DNA of 64,000 nt from Lepidodermella squamata (lineage: Eukaryota; Animalia; Gastrotricha), in contig JBLDXI010000020.1 in assembly GCA_047495785.1 (NCBI GenBank), positions 1,426,001-1,490,000 of the forward strand, given 5' to 3'. A model generated the notes under the pieces. The model saw only the letters and a program-made list of their open reading frames with translations, was not told the DNA's origin and made no database searches. The translations under genes and the position numbers were made by a program. Positions 1-15,920 of the stretch are shown here, in pieces (position 1 is the stretch's first letter; every line of letters begins with the position of its first letter).

Positions 1-825
1 AAATCGTGGCTGCACATCATACAAGTCAACTGCCAGCAGATGTCAGTGGCGGCGATATAGGGTATATAAGTAATAGTGCTACCTTAGTGTCCACCGCACT
101 CCCTCTCTACCCTTCCATTCACTCCGAATGCCATATGGACTGTGGCGCCCTAAGTTAACATAAGGGTCCTCCTTATCACATAAGTAACTTTGAAACCAGC
201 ACAACTAGAGGCTAGAGGCATAACGCAAGTTGACCGGTGACAGGCAGTCGATTTTTTATGGCCATTAACATCCACCAACCATCAGAGCCAATCAGAGTTT
301 GATAGAATCTTGGGTGCCAGAATCATACAGCTTAAGCATTCAGGGGCAGGTGGCAGGTTGACAAGTCTTAGGTCTTAGCAAAGAGCAAAGGTGAGAAAGC
401 TATGAGAAAGCTGCGAAACGGATGAGAGCCGTTGGTTCTATAGCTAAGATTCAGTTAAAACCCAGTTTATTTCATCCAATAATGCCAAGGAAATGTTAAA
501 AACAATAAAAACGATTTAAAAAAAATGGGCTGCATCCTTCACGTCTTCATAAATTCAATGCGCGCCGTTCAATCTACAGCAAACATGCGCGGTTTTCTAA
601 GTTTTGGTCTGGTTTGAGACACTCTTTCAGGACAGTAGCTACATGTAACTCAATTCCTGATTACGTCGATTTCTTCGAAGCCAGTGAGTCTAACCTTCTG
701 ATTATACATAATCTGGGCTTTATTTGGCTATGTTTGGCTACATAAGCCTCTGCAACTCGAAACTCGAAATTGAACAATTAGCCACCACATCCTCTTTGAC
801 CTAGATTTTAGTACAAATTATTGAG

Positions 826-2962
826 ATGCTGCATCTCAAAGCTGCGCTGAATAACATCACCAAGCACGGCGCTAGGGTTAGTGTTTGATCATAAATAAGC
901 TGATTTTCATTTCTCACCCAACACTATTGCTGCAGAATGTTGGATTCAAATCAGTGCGCTCGCTGTCAACCGATCCGCGAACACAGCATCCTCGTCTTCA
1001 CCCTCCAGCTGGCAAGCGTATCAAAGTTGGTGGTAAAGATTTTCGAGTAGTTGACCATTCGTTCGATGCGTTGGTTATTGGCGCTGGTGGCGCTGGCCTC
1101 CGGGCAGCTTTCGGTCTCGCTAGCCAAGGCTTCAACACCGCATGCGTCACAAAGCTGTTCCCGACTCGTTCGCACACCGTTGCTGCTCAAGGTGGCATCA
1201 ATGCTGCTTTGTCAAATATGGAAGAAGACAAATGGCAATATCATTTTTATGATACCGTTAAAGGTTCTGACTTTTTGGGAGATCAAGATGCCATCAGTTA
1301 TATGTGCGAGCAAGCACCAAAAACCGTTACCGAATTAGATTCTTATGGCATGCCCTTTTCTCGCATTGATTCCGGCAAAATTTACCAGCGAGCTTTCGGT
1401 GGTGCTTCTCTTAAGTTCGGCGAAGGTGGTCAAGCCCACCGATGCTGCGCCGTCGAAGATCGAACTGGCCACGCCCTCTTACACACACTGTACGGTCGCT
1501 CTTTGATGTATGGTGACAACATCAAGTATTTTATCGAATATTTTACGCTGGACCTTTTGATGGACGAAAACGGTGCATGCAAAGGAGCAATTGCTATCAA
1601 TATGGACGATGGCACTATTCATCGCTTTGCTGCTCGCCACACCGTAATTGCTACTGGTGGTTACGGTCGTACATATTTCTCATGCACATCGGCTCATACG
1701 TGTACCGGTGACGGTACTGCTATGATTTCTCGCGCTGGCTTACCGAACGAAGACTTGGAATTCATCCAATTCCACCCCACTGGTATCTATGGGGCTGGTT
1801 GTTTGATGACGGAGGGTTGCCGCGGTGAAGGTGGCTACTTGGTGAACTCCAAAGGAGAACGCTTCATGCCTCGTTATGCGCCAAAGGCCCTGGATCTGGC
1901 TTCTCGCGACGTCGTCTCCCGAGCCATCACAATTGAGATCCGCGAAGGTCGCGGCGTTGGTCCTGATAAGGATCACATGCATCTGCAGTTGCACCATCTT
2001 CCGCAAGATGAACTGCGTAAACGGTTGCCTGGTATCCTCGAAACCGCTATGATTTTCGCCGGCGTTGATGGCACTAAAGAACCAATTCCAGTCCTCCCCA
2101 CGGTACATTACAATATGGGTGGTATCCCTACCAACTGGAAGGGTCAAGTCATTAAACTTGACAAGGATGGCAAGTCTGACAAGGTCGTCGAAGGCTTATT
2201 CGCAGCTGGAGAAGCAGCGTGCGCATCAGTCCACGGTGCCAACCGTCTTGGCGCCAACTCTCTTCTGGATATTGTTGTTTTCGGTCGCGCTTGCGCAAAC
2301 ACCATCGCCGAGATCGACAAACCGGGTCGCCCGGCTCCTCCCCTCAAGGATTCGGATGGCGAAGCTTCGTTGGCTAACGTCGCCAAGCTCGTAATGGGAG
2401 CCAAGCCGACCTTGGGTAAGAATGAAGTCCGCACGGCTGATGTTCGTCTTCGCATGCAGCGCATCAATCAAGAGCATGCTGCTGTTTTCCGCGACGAACC
2501 GACCATGCGTGCTGGTATTAAGAGGCTTAAGGAGCTTTATCCTGAAATGGTACTGATGATGAACAACTGTTTTATGATGTTTCTTTTATTTTAAAATGTA
2601 TTTTTCAGCAAAACATCCGCTTGGCTGACAACGGCCTAGTCTGGAACACTGACTTGATTGAAACCTTGGAGCTTCAAAACTTGTTCAGCAACTCAATGCA
2701 GACAATTGTCTCAGCTGAGGCGCGTAAAGAGAGCCGCGGTGCCCATGCCCGTGAAGACTACAGCGTTCGCGTTGACGAGTTCGATTATACGAAACCCTTG
2801 GAGGGCCAGCAGCGCAAGCCGTTTGAGCAGCACTGGCGGAAGCACACGCTGTCGCACTTCGACGAGTCATCTGGCGAAGTCAAGCTGTCGTACCGCCCCG
2901 TCATCGACAAGGTCCTCGCCGCCGACTGCACCACCGTTGAACCCGTGCCACGCAAATATTAA
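826..2962 (+). CDS. SDHA: Succinate dehydrogenase flavoprotein subunit, mitochondrial; exons 826-876, 936-2549, 2609-2962
   Basis: GAGGAG FAD motif, [10 protein letters not shown] covalent-FAD His, [30 protein letters not shown]. Two GT-AG introns join a mitochondrial-presequence-like exon and the C-terminus in frame. Confidence 0.97.
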
Positions 2963-5509
2963 CTTGTTATATTAAAAATATGACGAACTTGAGAACTATT
3001 CAGCAAAAGCGTTGTTAGCGTTGCTTAACTGGCGAAATAAGTGATAAAATTCGCTGCATTTCGAATTGTAGAAATGTAATTATTATTAAAAATAATTGCA
3101 GAATGATGATCACTATGAACACAGATCGTGATGAAACGCACCCACCCTAATTGATTAGTAGTTTATATTTAACCTTCCGGACCCGTGCTATCGCATCACT
3201 GAACTGAAGTGAGACTCCTCCTTATACGACTGACTCGCTTCTTGGTACATACTGTTATTTAAAACAAGTTGATAACGTATTGAGCGTAGCTACCAGTGAA
3301 TAAATGTTTTCTTCGAGATCTGGTATGTGTTTATGCACCATTTCAACGGCAAAATTTGGGCGGATGATCGAAGTTTCATAACCCCTTGGCCGAGCTGTAA
3401 ATTCGAATGTGAACAAGTCCAACCTGAATTTGTCAGCAACAACTTTATTATTTTATACAAAGAAATTCTCGAATTGAGCGCATTTATCGACGATTTTTTT
3501 TACAATTACATTTCCTTATAAATTCATCCTTTTCACAAGATAATTGCTCATAGAAAGCGGTCCGTAAAATTGGTGCCGACCGCCTTTCGAGTGAAATTTT
3601 TGCAGCAGAGAATCGTTCCAGTTAGTTTTACAACTCGGTCAAAAGATTCGCGTAAACTTTCGATTGCGTAAAGTTGTATATTATCATCATCGTTATCAAT
3701 CAAAAAGGCAGCGATATCGCATACAAATTACATCATAAAACACCGACAACATGAATGAAACACAGAGCAAATAGAATTATAAATTGATTATAATGGCTAT
3801 CAAGGACATTAGAAAGCAATACCTCACGTCGGTATCTAGTAAAGACGCGGGGTCGTGTTCCACGAATCGCCTTTCATTTCACGTAGGTCTGATGAAGAGT
3901 TAGCAAGCGGCAGATGATCTGCGTCACAGTGCAAATTTTAGAACGTGAATATCAGAAAGATGGCAGACACGAGTAAGTTTTGTGAACTGTGCATGACTAG
4001 TGTGCGAGCAAATTTCGTCCGAAAATTAAAAATCATCATCAAAATCGTTCACGACCAAGTTGAATTTCAAGTTTAAAACGCTCGGTTTTTGAAACTCGAA
4101 AAAACGGAGTTCATAGCGCAAATAGAATAAGAAGAAATATAACAAAGAGACCTTGTTAAGGACTTACACCGAATAGCTTTTCTTCTCAGCTTTTTATGGC
4201 CCGTTTTATGAGTAAGTTTTATACAAAATTGTTCAACAGAAAATGCGAGAGATAATGAGAAATTCCTCGCAATTTTGGAAGTCCATTGAGTTAGTAAAAA
4301 GTCGATCAAAATTCGTGAGCCAGGAAGAGCATTTTTAATTTTTCGAAGCTCGAGGTAACAGTTGTATAAAACGAGTAATTTTTCCAGAACAAAAACGTCG
4401 AGGGAAGATAACGGCTGTATTCAATAAAAATGATGCGATTTCGTCGGGTTTACCCAAAGGGCCAGCTAAGCGTTGAGGCAAGTTACGGGTCAGCCCAGAA
4501 AAATGTATGTGATCGAAAATCAGTAAAAGAACACAATTAAAAACAAAAATTGCAACCTTTGTTAGTCTGAGATACACTGTAAGGGAACAGAATTAAAATG
4601 ACAAACGACAAAATTCGAAATTTTAACGAACAGCAAGAACTACAAAAACTGCGTTAGATAGATTAGTTTTATTACTTTACAAGTATTTTGCGTATAATAA
4701 GAGATTAAATAAGTTGAGTTGTTAAAAAATGCTGACAAAATGTCCCGGATTTACGTTTCAGACTTCAGAAAGAGTAAAAGATTTTCGCAATAATTTATAT
4801 AATATATTTCTTAGTCCTAAATTTTTAATTACATATAATCGATCTTTTCACTCGTTTCCTCTTATAAATTCTTCAAATTTATCGTAGAAAGAAAATCGTA
4901 TATCATAAGGTCACTAGCTTTCCGATTAGATGAAAATGTAAGATAAAACAGACGAAAATTGAGGTATTACAGAATTATATGAGCCAATAATTTAATAAAT
5001 ACTTGATATAATATCGATATAACGATTCAAATATTGAAAAAATTGTAATCGTCGCAAGTTTTTTAGTCGCTCATATTACCAAAAAGTGACAACACGAAGC
5101 GTTTTGATACATTAGTGACGACCTTATCTGCTTTGCTTCCACGTTTTACCGAGCACAACAATTCCATCGAAGCAAGATCACACAGTCATTTGATTCAACG
5201 GCGCTTTGAAGCAAAACAAAGAATCAGGGATCTTTCATTGAGCAAAAAAAGATCAACCCGCTGCCTTTTTCACGATCATCATTCGTAAACGTGTTTCACT
5301 ACACATTAGATGTGTACTAGGAACGAGGCGAGTATTTAGTCGGTGCCATAATCAGGTCGAGAATGAGCGATGTTGGAGCAAAAAAACTTGTAACAACTCG
5401 TTTTAAATATATAATCAATGATGTATACATATAATATTGCGAATATGAATGATCAAATGATGGAAAAGACGAGGTAAAATTTGATAGAAGAAAGTCCTTC
5501 GAGTCGATC

Positions 5510-8500
5510 TCACGAATGCGCTTGCCTGGCAATGTGTAAAAAGAAGTCGACCTTGTCCCGACAAGCAGCGCCGCACATGTTGCACTTGTATGGATCAAGG
5601 AAACCATGGTAGCCCATGTGAATCGTGTACATAACCACGTCTCGGAACGCCATCTCACAGTGATTGCATCTGGTTAAATAAAAAAACATTGATTCTTCAT
5701 TCCTTCAAAAAATTGCAGAAACTTACTCGAAGTTGGGCGATGTCGAGGTAGTGGGTCGAGAAGCTTGCCTGACTGTTGCAGATGCTCCAGCAGAACCCGG
5801 CACATTGGAAGACGATTGACGACGGGAGCCGTTGCTAGCTTCACTAGCTTGGCCCGGCCGCGATTGCTGCTGCTGCAGCAACGCCGCAGCGGCAGGGTCG
5901 AGGTGCGACTGGACTGCCCAGTCATCGATGCGAGAACCAGCTCGTTGCGCGAAGCCTTCCTGGCCGAACTGGTCGCCCCAGCCGTTTTGCAACTTGGCCT
6001 GTTTCGCCTCACTGCCAGTCGCAGAGCTTCCTGAAGTGACGCCTTCGCCATCACCCTCACTGCCTCCACCACAAGACGGGCCTTGCCGCAATGTGCTGAG
6101 TTTGACCGCTTTGCCCTTACGCGCCCGCCTCCGGCCATTAGCATCGCCATTCGTTCCAGAGCCGGATCCCGACCCGGATCCACCCGAAGCCGGGGAGCTA
6201 GGGTCGCCGCTAGCCAGGTCACGCCGGCACAGAATGTCGAGACCAGGTCCGCTGACGTCGTTGCCGGTAAGAGGGGCGTCGTTTGATGACGATGCCGGGG
6301 TGTCGGTTGACCGAGACACCGAGCTACCCGATCCACCGCCATTCATTCCGAGCGAGGGTGACGACCGGCTTCGGCTATCGCGGTAACTTCCGCTGCCCGA
6401 GCCTGAGCCGCCGCTTTTTGTAAGATCAAGCGGCCACGGCGCGGTTGAACCCGGTGGCCGCGCGACACCAGGTTGCTGACCAGCGAGAAATTGACTAATA
6501 GCAGCGTTTTGCGCCGCCAACGGAGAACCGGTTGAAGCATGACTGCCGCGCCGCTTGCCTGACTGCTGCGCTGTTTGCTGCATAGCCGGCGGTAGCTGCA
6601 TTCCGGGTGGAAGACCGCCCAGCATTGCCGCCATAGCGTTGCCATTCCCACCCGGGAACTGCCCGCCGGGTAACATGCACTTGTTCAGCTCAGACAACAC
6701 ATCGGGTGATACGCCAAACGCGCGGAATAAATCGTTGTGCTCAGATGCATGCACCTTGAAGACGTGTTGCATGATCAGAGGCCAGGAGGGAGCCAAAAAG
6801 CCGCAAGTATTGCATTTTATCATCGTCGCCTGTTGCCCGTTTCCGGGTACAGCCGCAGCGCACATACTCGCCGGCATAGTCGGCTGGTTCGGAGCTTGAG
6901 GACCCATCATCGCGTAGTAAGCACCCATTAAGGAGGCCAGAGCGGCTGGGTCTTGGTTAGCCTCACCCGAAACCAGCCGAGACATAGCCGAAGCCATTTG
7001 AGGTGGAATACCTCTAGACGCCATCGCTGCAACGGTGGTTGCTGGGTTGACTAAACCTTGGCCCGCCACAACCGGGCTGTCTTGCAGACCCGGAAAACCA
7101 GCCATCGCCGCTATGGGCAGACGAGGCATACCGGTGCCGTTGCCTTCCATCAATCCGCTACCTGCGCTTGAACTGCTAGCAGCGCTCGAGCCGATCTTGC
7201 TCGGCATGGCGGACGGTTCGCCATCATCGTGGTCGTCGTTATCGCCGTTTCCATCGTGCTTCATGTCCATATCTTCGCCGTTTGGACCGAATAAGGACAT
7301 AGATAACGGCAGGCCGCTCGGAGTGCCGGGGTCATTCGTGCCCGATTGACTGTGCTCGCCCTTCTCGTCGACGACTAGCGACCCGTCCGCTGTCATCAAA
7401 TTCGACGCGTGGTGGTCGTATTTCCTAAGGTGCAGCTTGAGACTATGGCAATACTAGAGAAAAATTCACGAATATTAAACCATGAAATGATGACTCAATT
7501 CCGCGACAAACCTTGGTCGCATATGAACAATCGGCACATCGGTATTGATAAACGTTAGTATGCGATTTCATGTGAGAATTCAGCATAGATTTGTTCACGC
7601 AGCTATAGTTGCACTGTAAATCATCAAAAATTATTTCAAAATCTGGAATAGTTGTTGCCAAACAAACCTTATTGCATTTGAAAGGCTTCGACCCAAAGTG
7701 ATTGCGCAAATGATATTCGAGGTGGTGCTTGTACTCGGTGACGAACGGGCATTTCGGGCATTGCAAAAGTTTATCCTCCTTAATGTGAGCACGCGAGTGT
7801 TCCCAGAAATCGACTTTACTCGTCGCCGTGAAAGAGCATTGTTTACAGCGGTAGTTTTTCGGCCGCCCCGACCGCACAACCTTAACGGCGCCCGAGTAGT
7901 TTGTTGGCGGCACTTCGCTGTGAAAGTCCTTGATGTGCCGTTTTAACCGGCCCTCGGTCCGCGAGGTGTAATCACAAAATTGACAAACGTGCTCGAAATT
8001 GTGCGCAGAAAACGCGAATTTCGAATTACCGGAGCCGGATCCTTCGTTACTGTCTTCCCCACCCGCATTCGCCCCGCTACCACTTACACTGCTGCTCGAG
8101 GTCATCGGGCCCTGGGCACCGCCTGGGAAGTTCATACCGCCATCATTATCGTGGTGGTCGTTGTGACCCCCGACAGAACAATCCATAGGACCACCTTCAC
8201 CCATTTCATCACACTCAGGGCTAAGAGGACCGGCATTCGCCATTGGCATGATCATCGGGGTACCGGACAGGGCTAAAGAATGGCCACTGCTATTCGAAGT
8301 GGCCGGGCTGCCACTGGGTGACTCGGGGTGCGGACTAGCTCGCGGCGACGGGCTTTCTGACAGAGCTCGATCTGTCACCAGGGCGCCGATCGCGTCACCG
8401 AATGTCAAAGTTGCAGCCGGTAATTTGTTTAACAAAGAATTCGCCCCACTCGGGCCGTTTTGAAACGGGGTCGACTGAGCCATGGGCGGCGGACTAGTCG

Positions 8501-9795
8501 CGTTCGGACTCGGCGGCCTCGACGACCCGTTTTTCATGCCATTCTCTTGAATAACCGGACCGCCGTTGTTTTCATTCTCTTCAATTTCCTCCTCCCCTTC
8601 GTCTTCACTTTTCTCCTCCGCCTCGTCGACTTTAGGCGGCAAGATGGGAGGAGGATGTTCGGGTTCAATCGGGTGTTCCTCAGACTCAGAATCACTGGAT
8701 TGGCCGTCGTCGTTGCTGTTAGGTAGCGGAATATGCTGAGGCTGCTGAAGAGGCTGGGGCGCTTGGGGCTGGGATAACGGAGCGACCGGATCCGCCTTAA
8801 CAATAACGCTAGGCATAATCGGTTCCTCGATCACTGAAGACTTCATAATTTCAGGAGTGGGTTGAAGCATTGGAGAAATCCGCTGTTGTTGTTGCCCTGT
8901 TCGAAATAAAAAGAATTAACCTCAAGTAATTTTATATTTGAAATATGCACTAACCTGAACCATTAATTCCAGAATATTCGTTGCCATTAACCATGTTTAC
9001 CGAGGGTACTGATTGAGGAATATGAGGAAGAGGGGCGGGCTGTTGCTGCTGCTGTTGTATGACTTGCATAGGAGGGACAGGAGACTGGGCTGGAACCGAG
9101 GTATTGGTCATCATATAACCGCCGTTGTAAACCGGGTTACTAGGCGGCGGTTGCTGCTGCTGCTGCTGAGGTTGAGGTTGTGATTGAGGTTGAGGTTGAA
9201 ACGAGGTGAATTGCGAGGTAGGAACACCGTTCGACGCCGGCGTTGACGAGGTTGTGGAGTATTGCGGCGGCCACATGGTGTAGCCGTTCGACTGGCCGCC
9301 GTTTTGGGGCGACGTTGTCGCCTGCTGTGGCTCCATGTGACTCTGCATGCCGAAATACGGCTGTTGACTAGTAGCTAGTGGAATGTTGCTTCTAAACGAG
9401 CTGGGCTGGGTCTGCTGCGCCGCGACCACGGGCCCATTTTGAGACTGATACGGCGATGGCACGGTGTTCGTGCGTTGAGGGGTCGGGCATTGGTACATTT
9501 GCGGCTGGGGAGCGCCGTTGTACGGACTCCGGCCCGTTGCCGCGTAGTTCGAATTTGCGGTTTGATAAAAATGGTGATATTGCTGAGGTAACATTTGACT
9601 GGTTTGATTGGCGTTAACGCCGCAATGCATGCCCATGCCCATAGCCGCGACCAGGGGCGGCACATACGGACCACCGCCCGACATGCCGACTGCGGATTGA
9701 GGTAAAACTACTCCCTGACTGGTAACGTCGCCTTCGCGTTGCCCAACAGAACCGTTCGGAGCAACTGCGTTAGTTCCGCTGGTAATACTCGTCAT
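5510..9795 (-). CDS. hb: Hunchback C2H2 zinc-finger transcription factor, ~1352 aa; exons 9795-8955, 8896-7668, 7613-7512, 7453-5727, 5669-5510
   Basis: Diagnostic central fingers [61 protein letters not shown]-terminal pair [21 protein letters not shown] and [23 protein letters not shown]. Four GT-AG introns of 54-58 nt; exon lengths sum to 4059 nt, in frame. Confidence 0.95.
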
Positions 9796-10079
9796 AAAAC
9801 GTTAAAATAAAACGTAAGAAATTGCCCAGGTCGCGTCTATTCAAAACCGAAATGTGGCACTTCTTAACATCTCGGGCACCTATATGAAAAAAAACGAAAA
9901 AAATAATTATAACGGTTCTCCGCGAAATCAATAAGTTATTGCGAGACTTGTTAACGTTTTTTTCCTAAAAAATAACTAAAAAATTGCAACTTTTTATGAA
10001 AAAATCTAGAAACTTCGAAAAGAGCGTCCAAAATATACCAGGCTAAACATTGCGAGTGCATATATTGTGCGCGTAACTG

Positions 10080-11540
10080 TCACACGAGCGCGCGCACAAC
10101 ATTTTAGGCCGGACAATAAATAAAACGAGAGAGCGAAAGAGAGAGAGAGGAAAATTGTTGTGAATTGCTAGTGTTGGCCGATGTGACTGTCGTGAACAAA
10201 CAATCATCCCTTCTTTTATTATTGCTATATGATGATGATTATGGCCGATGGCCGGCTGTTCGTTGCGAGCCGAGAAGAACTGCAAGTTGCACTCGCATGT
10301 CTTTCTCCTCCGTCCGTTCGTTCGTTTCGCTCGCTAACAAATAATACGGGGAACACAACGAACATTACACATAGTATAGAGAGAGAGTGTAGAGAAATAA
10401 TATTCACATATTAGTATTGCAAGAAACACACCGCCGCACGAAAACATATGCTGTGGGCCTCGGAGATTCTGACCGTACCCCCTACGTAACCTCGCGATGA
10501 CCGAGCAATGACCTTTTGCAAGAACGAAAATGGTGCCCGTGCTTATTTTTCACCACACATCCCTTCTCTACACGCACACACATACACACACAGAAATCGT
10601 ATGTACACACACATGCGCACAAATAATTCGCGCGCGCGCACACACTTTCATGAAAGGCGAATGGCCGGCTGTTTCGTTCGTTTCGTTCGCTCGCGGCGGG
10701 CCGGTTCGAGTATTGAGCGCAGCCGTGCCTCATGAACTCTCGGACGTTGTTACGTATACGCGCATATATTTTAATATGTGCGGAGAGGAATAAAAGATAA
10801 TAGTACTGGAAATAACGAATGAACCTTCATTTTCAGTGCGAACAACGAAAACGAGGCTAGAAAGAACTGAGCGCAAAGAATAATACGTGACAAAGCCAAT
10901 ATCGTTTTGAGCGGGCAGGCAGCAGCGGCACACGGCAAAAGCGACTGCGTAACCGCACAGGGGGCAAGACCAACTACAATAAATATACACATGCGCACAT
11001 GCCCCCTACACAAATAACTAATGCCCGCGCTGAATTTTTGCATGCATGCGCGCATATAGTTTTATTGCCAGAACAACAACAATAACAACAACACAAACGG
11101 CGAACGAACAGGAGAACCAGAAGCGCGGTTACGCAATCGCAAATGAACGAAGAACGAACTGCGCAATTACCAATTATCCAGCCGCTCCAAAATACGAGTA
11201 CAGCGCAGAATTATTTGAGAGGTGCTTTGCCCAGCGCTGTTTAATAATGATATGACATATGTAACTCAATACTAGTAGTAATTCGGCAACGAAATAAAAT
11301 ATGGTTATCAGTCACCCCTAACATGGTAGCTTGGCCAAACTTACAACACTTATACTTGCACCCAACACCAACGACACGTTTTTTACCAAAAAAAATCAAG
11401 AGCAACAGGATTAGCAAAATTAAAAATGCATGTGTTGTTTTTGAAATATCATAAACAGGAAAAAACACAAAACTCACCGGACGCATTGGCCAAAGGCCAG
11501 CGGCGTATAACACACACTATACACACACACACATGATCAT
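10080..11540. promoter_or_regulatory. Putative hunchback upstream regulatory region with (GA)n, (CA)n, (CG)n and CGTT-type simple repeats
   Basis: Non-coding DNA directly 5' of hb with gagagagag, acacacac, gcgcgcgc and cgttcgttcg tracts. Function inferred from position only. Confidence 0.35.
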
Positions 11541-14068
11541 TTTTATTCAAAAATCCCCAGTAAACAAATAGGTAGTTTAAAACATTTTTGCCGCTCTCGC
11601 AGATATCACAACGTGTGTAATTCCGCCGGCCACCAATAAAATTCTGCGTGCATGTATAAATTTTTACGCTCGTGGTAATACCGCCGTAATAAAATGTTAC
11701 TTGAAAAGACCGCATCGGATAAATGAAAATAAATAACATGATATACTGTGAGAAATAGGGCAGTGCGGGTTCAAATTTATTGCCACGGTGAAAGTGCGAA
11801 TGCAGCGTGATAAAAAGCAAGTATGGGGGTAGCTGAATGGCTTTCAAATTATTCGGAGGGTGATGGCTGCGAAAGCGGGCAAGTGGAAATAAGCAAATAA
11901 CCCAAGGATGTTCTCTACATCAAAAAACTATTTCAACTTACTCCTGCGCCCTACTACATGACACATACATTGGTAAATAGAAGCAATGCATAGTTATTTC
12001 TTTAAAAGAATTCGCCATCTACCGACATGTGATTTATTTGATAATAGACGTTGAGGATGTTTTTCCGGAATATTGAACAGCATTTTTGAGATTTGCAGAC
12101 CAAGTTGCTGCATACCAAACCACATCCACCAAAAATGCAAGTGACGAACTACATTTTTTACGCGCCATTTCTTGAAAAGCGCGAAATGGGTATCATTATG
12201 AGTTCATCAATTAGTACAAATTCTTCAAATTAAATGTTTCCTTAACAGCATAGCAATAATTTTGAAAACTAATGCAACGAGATGAAAAATGAACGACAAC
12301 CTGCACGCGATCAATCAACTCGTTGAACTGACCAATTTCTCCTTTCAGTTATCCTCGACAATATCGAAAATATTCTCCTGAAAGTATCAGCAAAGTTCCC
12401 AAAGATATTACGCCCAACTTGCATTCCAATTCTGAACTAAAAAGCGTCATGAAATAAAGTACCCTGTTGGGCAGAGCTTTTTGAGACTCGAGAGCCCTTA
12501 ATGGCTGATTTGATCTCAACCGAAGCAATAACCTCCACTACAAAATTAATCGCGACTTCCTGCAGAATATACTTATAGTACATGCATGTATTTCGCGAAA
12601 AACTCTAGATTTTTCACCTCAAACAAAGAAAGCACAAATACGAAAGCGCTATACTGTGGTTAGAAGCCGCTGCATGATATGGGTAGTCACAAATTTTAAA
12701 ATCGAGCGCAAGGGCTGAAAAGGCGAACTTCATTTTTAACTTAAAGAAAGATAGCAAAATCTATCGCGACGAGCTTTACTCGACCAATTAACCGGCGCCG
12801 ATCAAGGGGGAAGGTGGCACGTAAGTACTTACGCCACAAGCTGATAATGGAGATTCTTGCTGTTTTTCCGCGGTCAAATCTCGTTAATTTGGCGGTTTTC
12901 TCTTGCACAAAGTACTACAGATAAGAGAAAATAATACCGATGAAAAACTTGGCATTCATCGGTTATTTTAGCAGTGCATAGGGTGCCAATTGCCTGCATC
13001 AAGAATTTTAGACATTTAAAACGCCGAAAACCTGAAAAGATTCATTAATAACACAAAATCCGGAGTCACCTTCAGTAAAAGATTCAACTTTACGGTAGAA
13101 TATATGAAAGATGAACATTTGAAGAGTGGCAAGTAAGGAGTCATGGTAATAGGTATAACTGCGCATTGCACGCAATATTCTCTATCTCCAAACAGTGTTA
13201 GGTATAGGAGGAACTGCAAAATGAAAGCCAGTCATAAGCTCAATACAAGCCCTAATTCCTATAATACAGGTGCTAACAAATCCTCTGACTAATTGAAACT
13301 GATCGACACATTTAGCGGTGAGGAATGATTGAATCAATTTTTCGATTTCCTTGACATTTGCTCAACGTGGAGGATGGAGGAGGCCTTATACCTTAAAAGT
13401 TGAAATTACTATTCAAAATTCTGCATGTGTATATGTTCGCATTGTTCTCATGCATACTGTATTCAGCACCGATCGGCCATTTACTTCCAACTCCAGAGTG
13501 TGATGTGAAAAACAGCAGCAAAAGTTTGAAGATAGGTCCGAGATTAAAATTCAAACTTTTTTCTTTCGAGCCAGAAAGTTGTCAACGGTAATTTTAATAA
13601 ATTCAATATATGGTAGATACGCCAATTTTTAAAAGTTTTTTATTTTGGTTTCGAGGGTAATTATTTTTTTCCAGCTCCCCGTGGGCGCGGTGGTCCTCTG
13701 ACGGAGCCGAATGCAAAAGGATGCTAGCTGACAAAGGCGCGCGTAAGCGCCGTACCACCTGATTTCAAAGCTTTTGGAATTTCATTTTGAAATTTCAAAA
13801 ATGGTGGTGTCAATCCTTCTCACTCGAGAGCCCCTTTTTAATTTTTCATTACTTCCGACAGATCAATGAGCACAGTGACATGATGGACTATTTCAGCATC
13901 ACATACTCGCAACCTTGTTTTCATTTCAGACTCATTTCAAGATTCTTGATCTTGAGATTTCAGATTTTAAAGATTCTCCTAAAGCTATTCCCTGATGCTT
14001 ATGGAGTCCAGTTATTAATATTTTTTGCGTACTGAATTATATAGGAGCCATTGTTGATAGCCGTCAGA

Positions 14069-15920
<1,852 letters not shown>

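Noticed and set aside
3889-3960. CTGATGA hammerhead core
   Set aside because: No stem II followed by GAAA and no closing stems.
5040-5440. Nanos/Pumilio response element in the hb 3' region
   Set aside because: Several GUUGU boxes occur, but none is followed by a correctly spaced AUUGUA, and I found no UGUAHAUA.
5674-8803. Alternative-frame and antisense ORFs over hunchback
   Set aside because: GC-rich coding DNA yields stop-poor shadow frames with no domain signal.
10082-10093. ACACGAGCGCGC shared with 63924-63935
   Set aside because: 12-mer matches are expected by chance in 64 kb.
13673-13770. tRNA, 7SL or hammerhead call
   Set aside because: No T-loop or cloverleaf; only an 11-nt 7SL-like match; CTGACGG is not the CUGANGA core.
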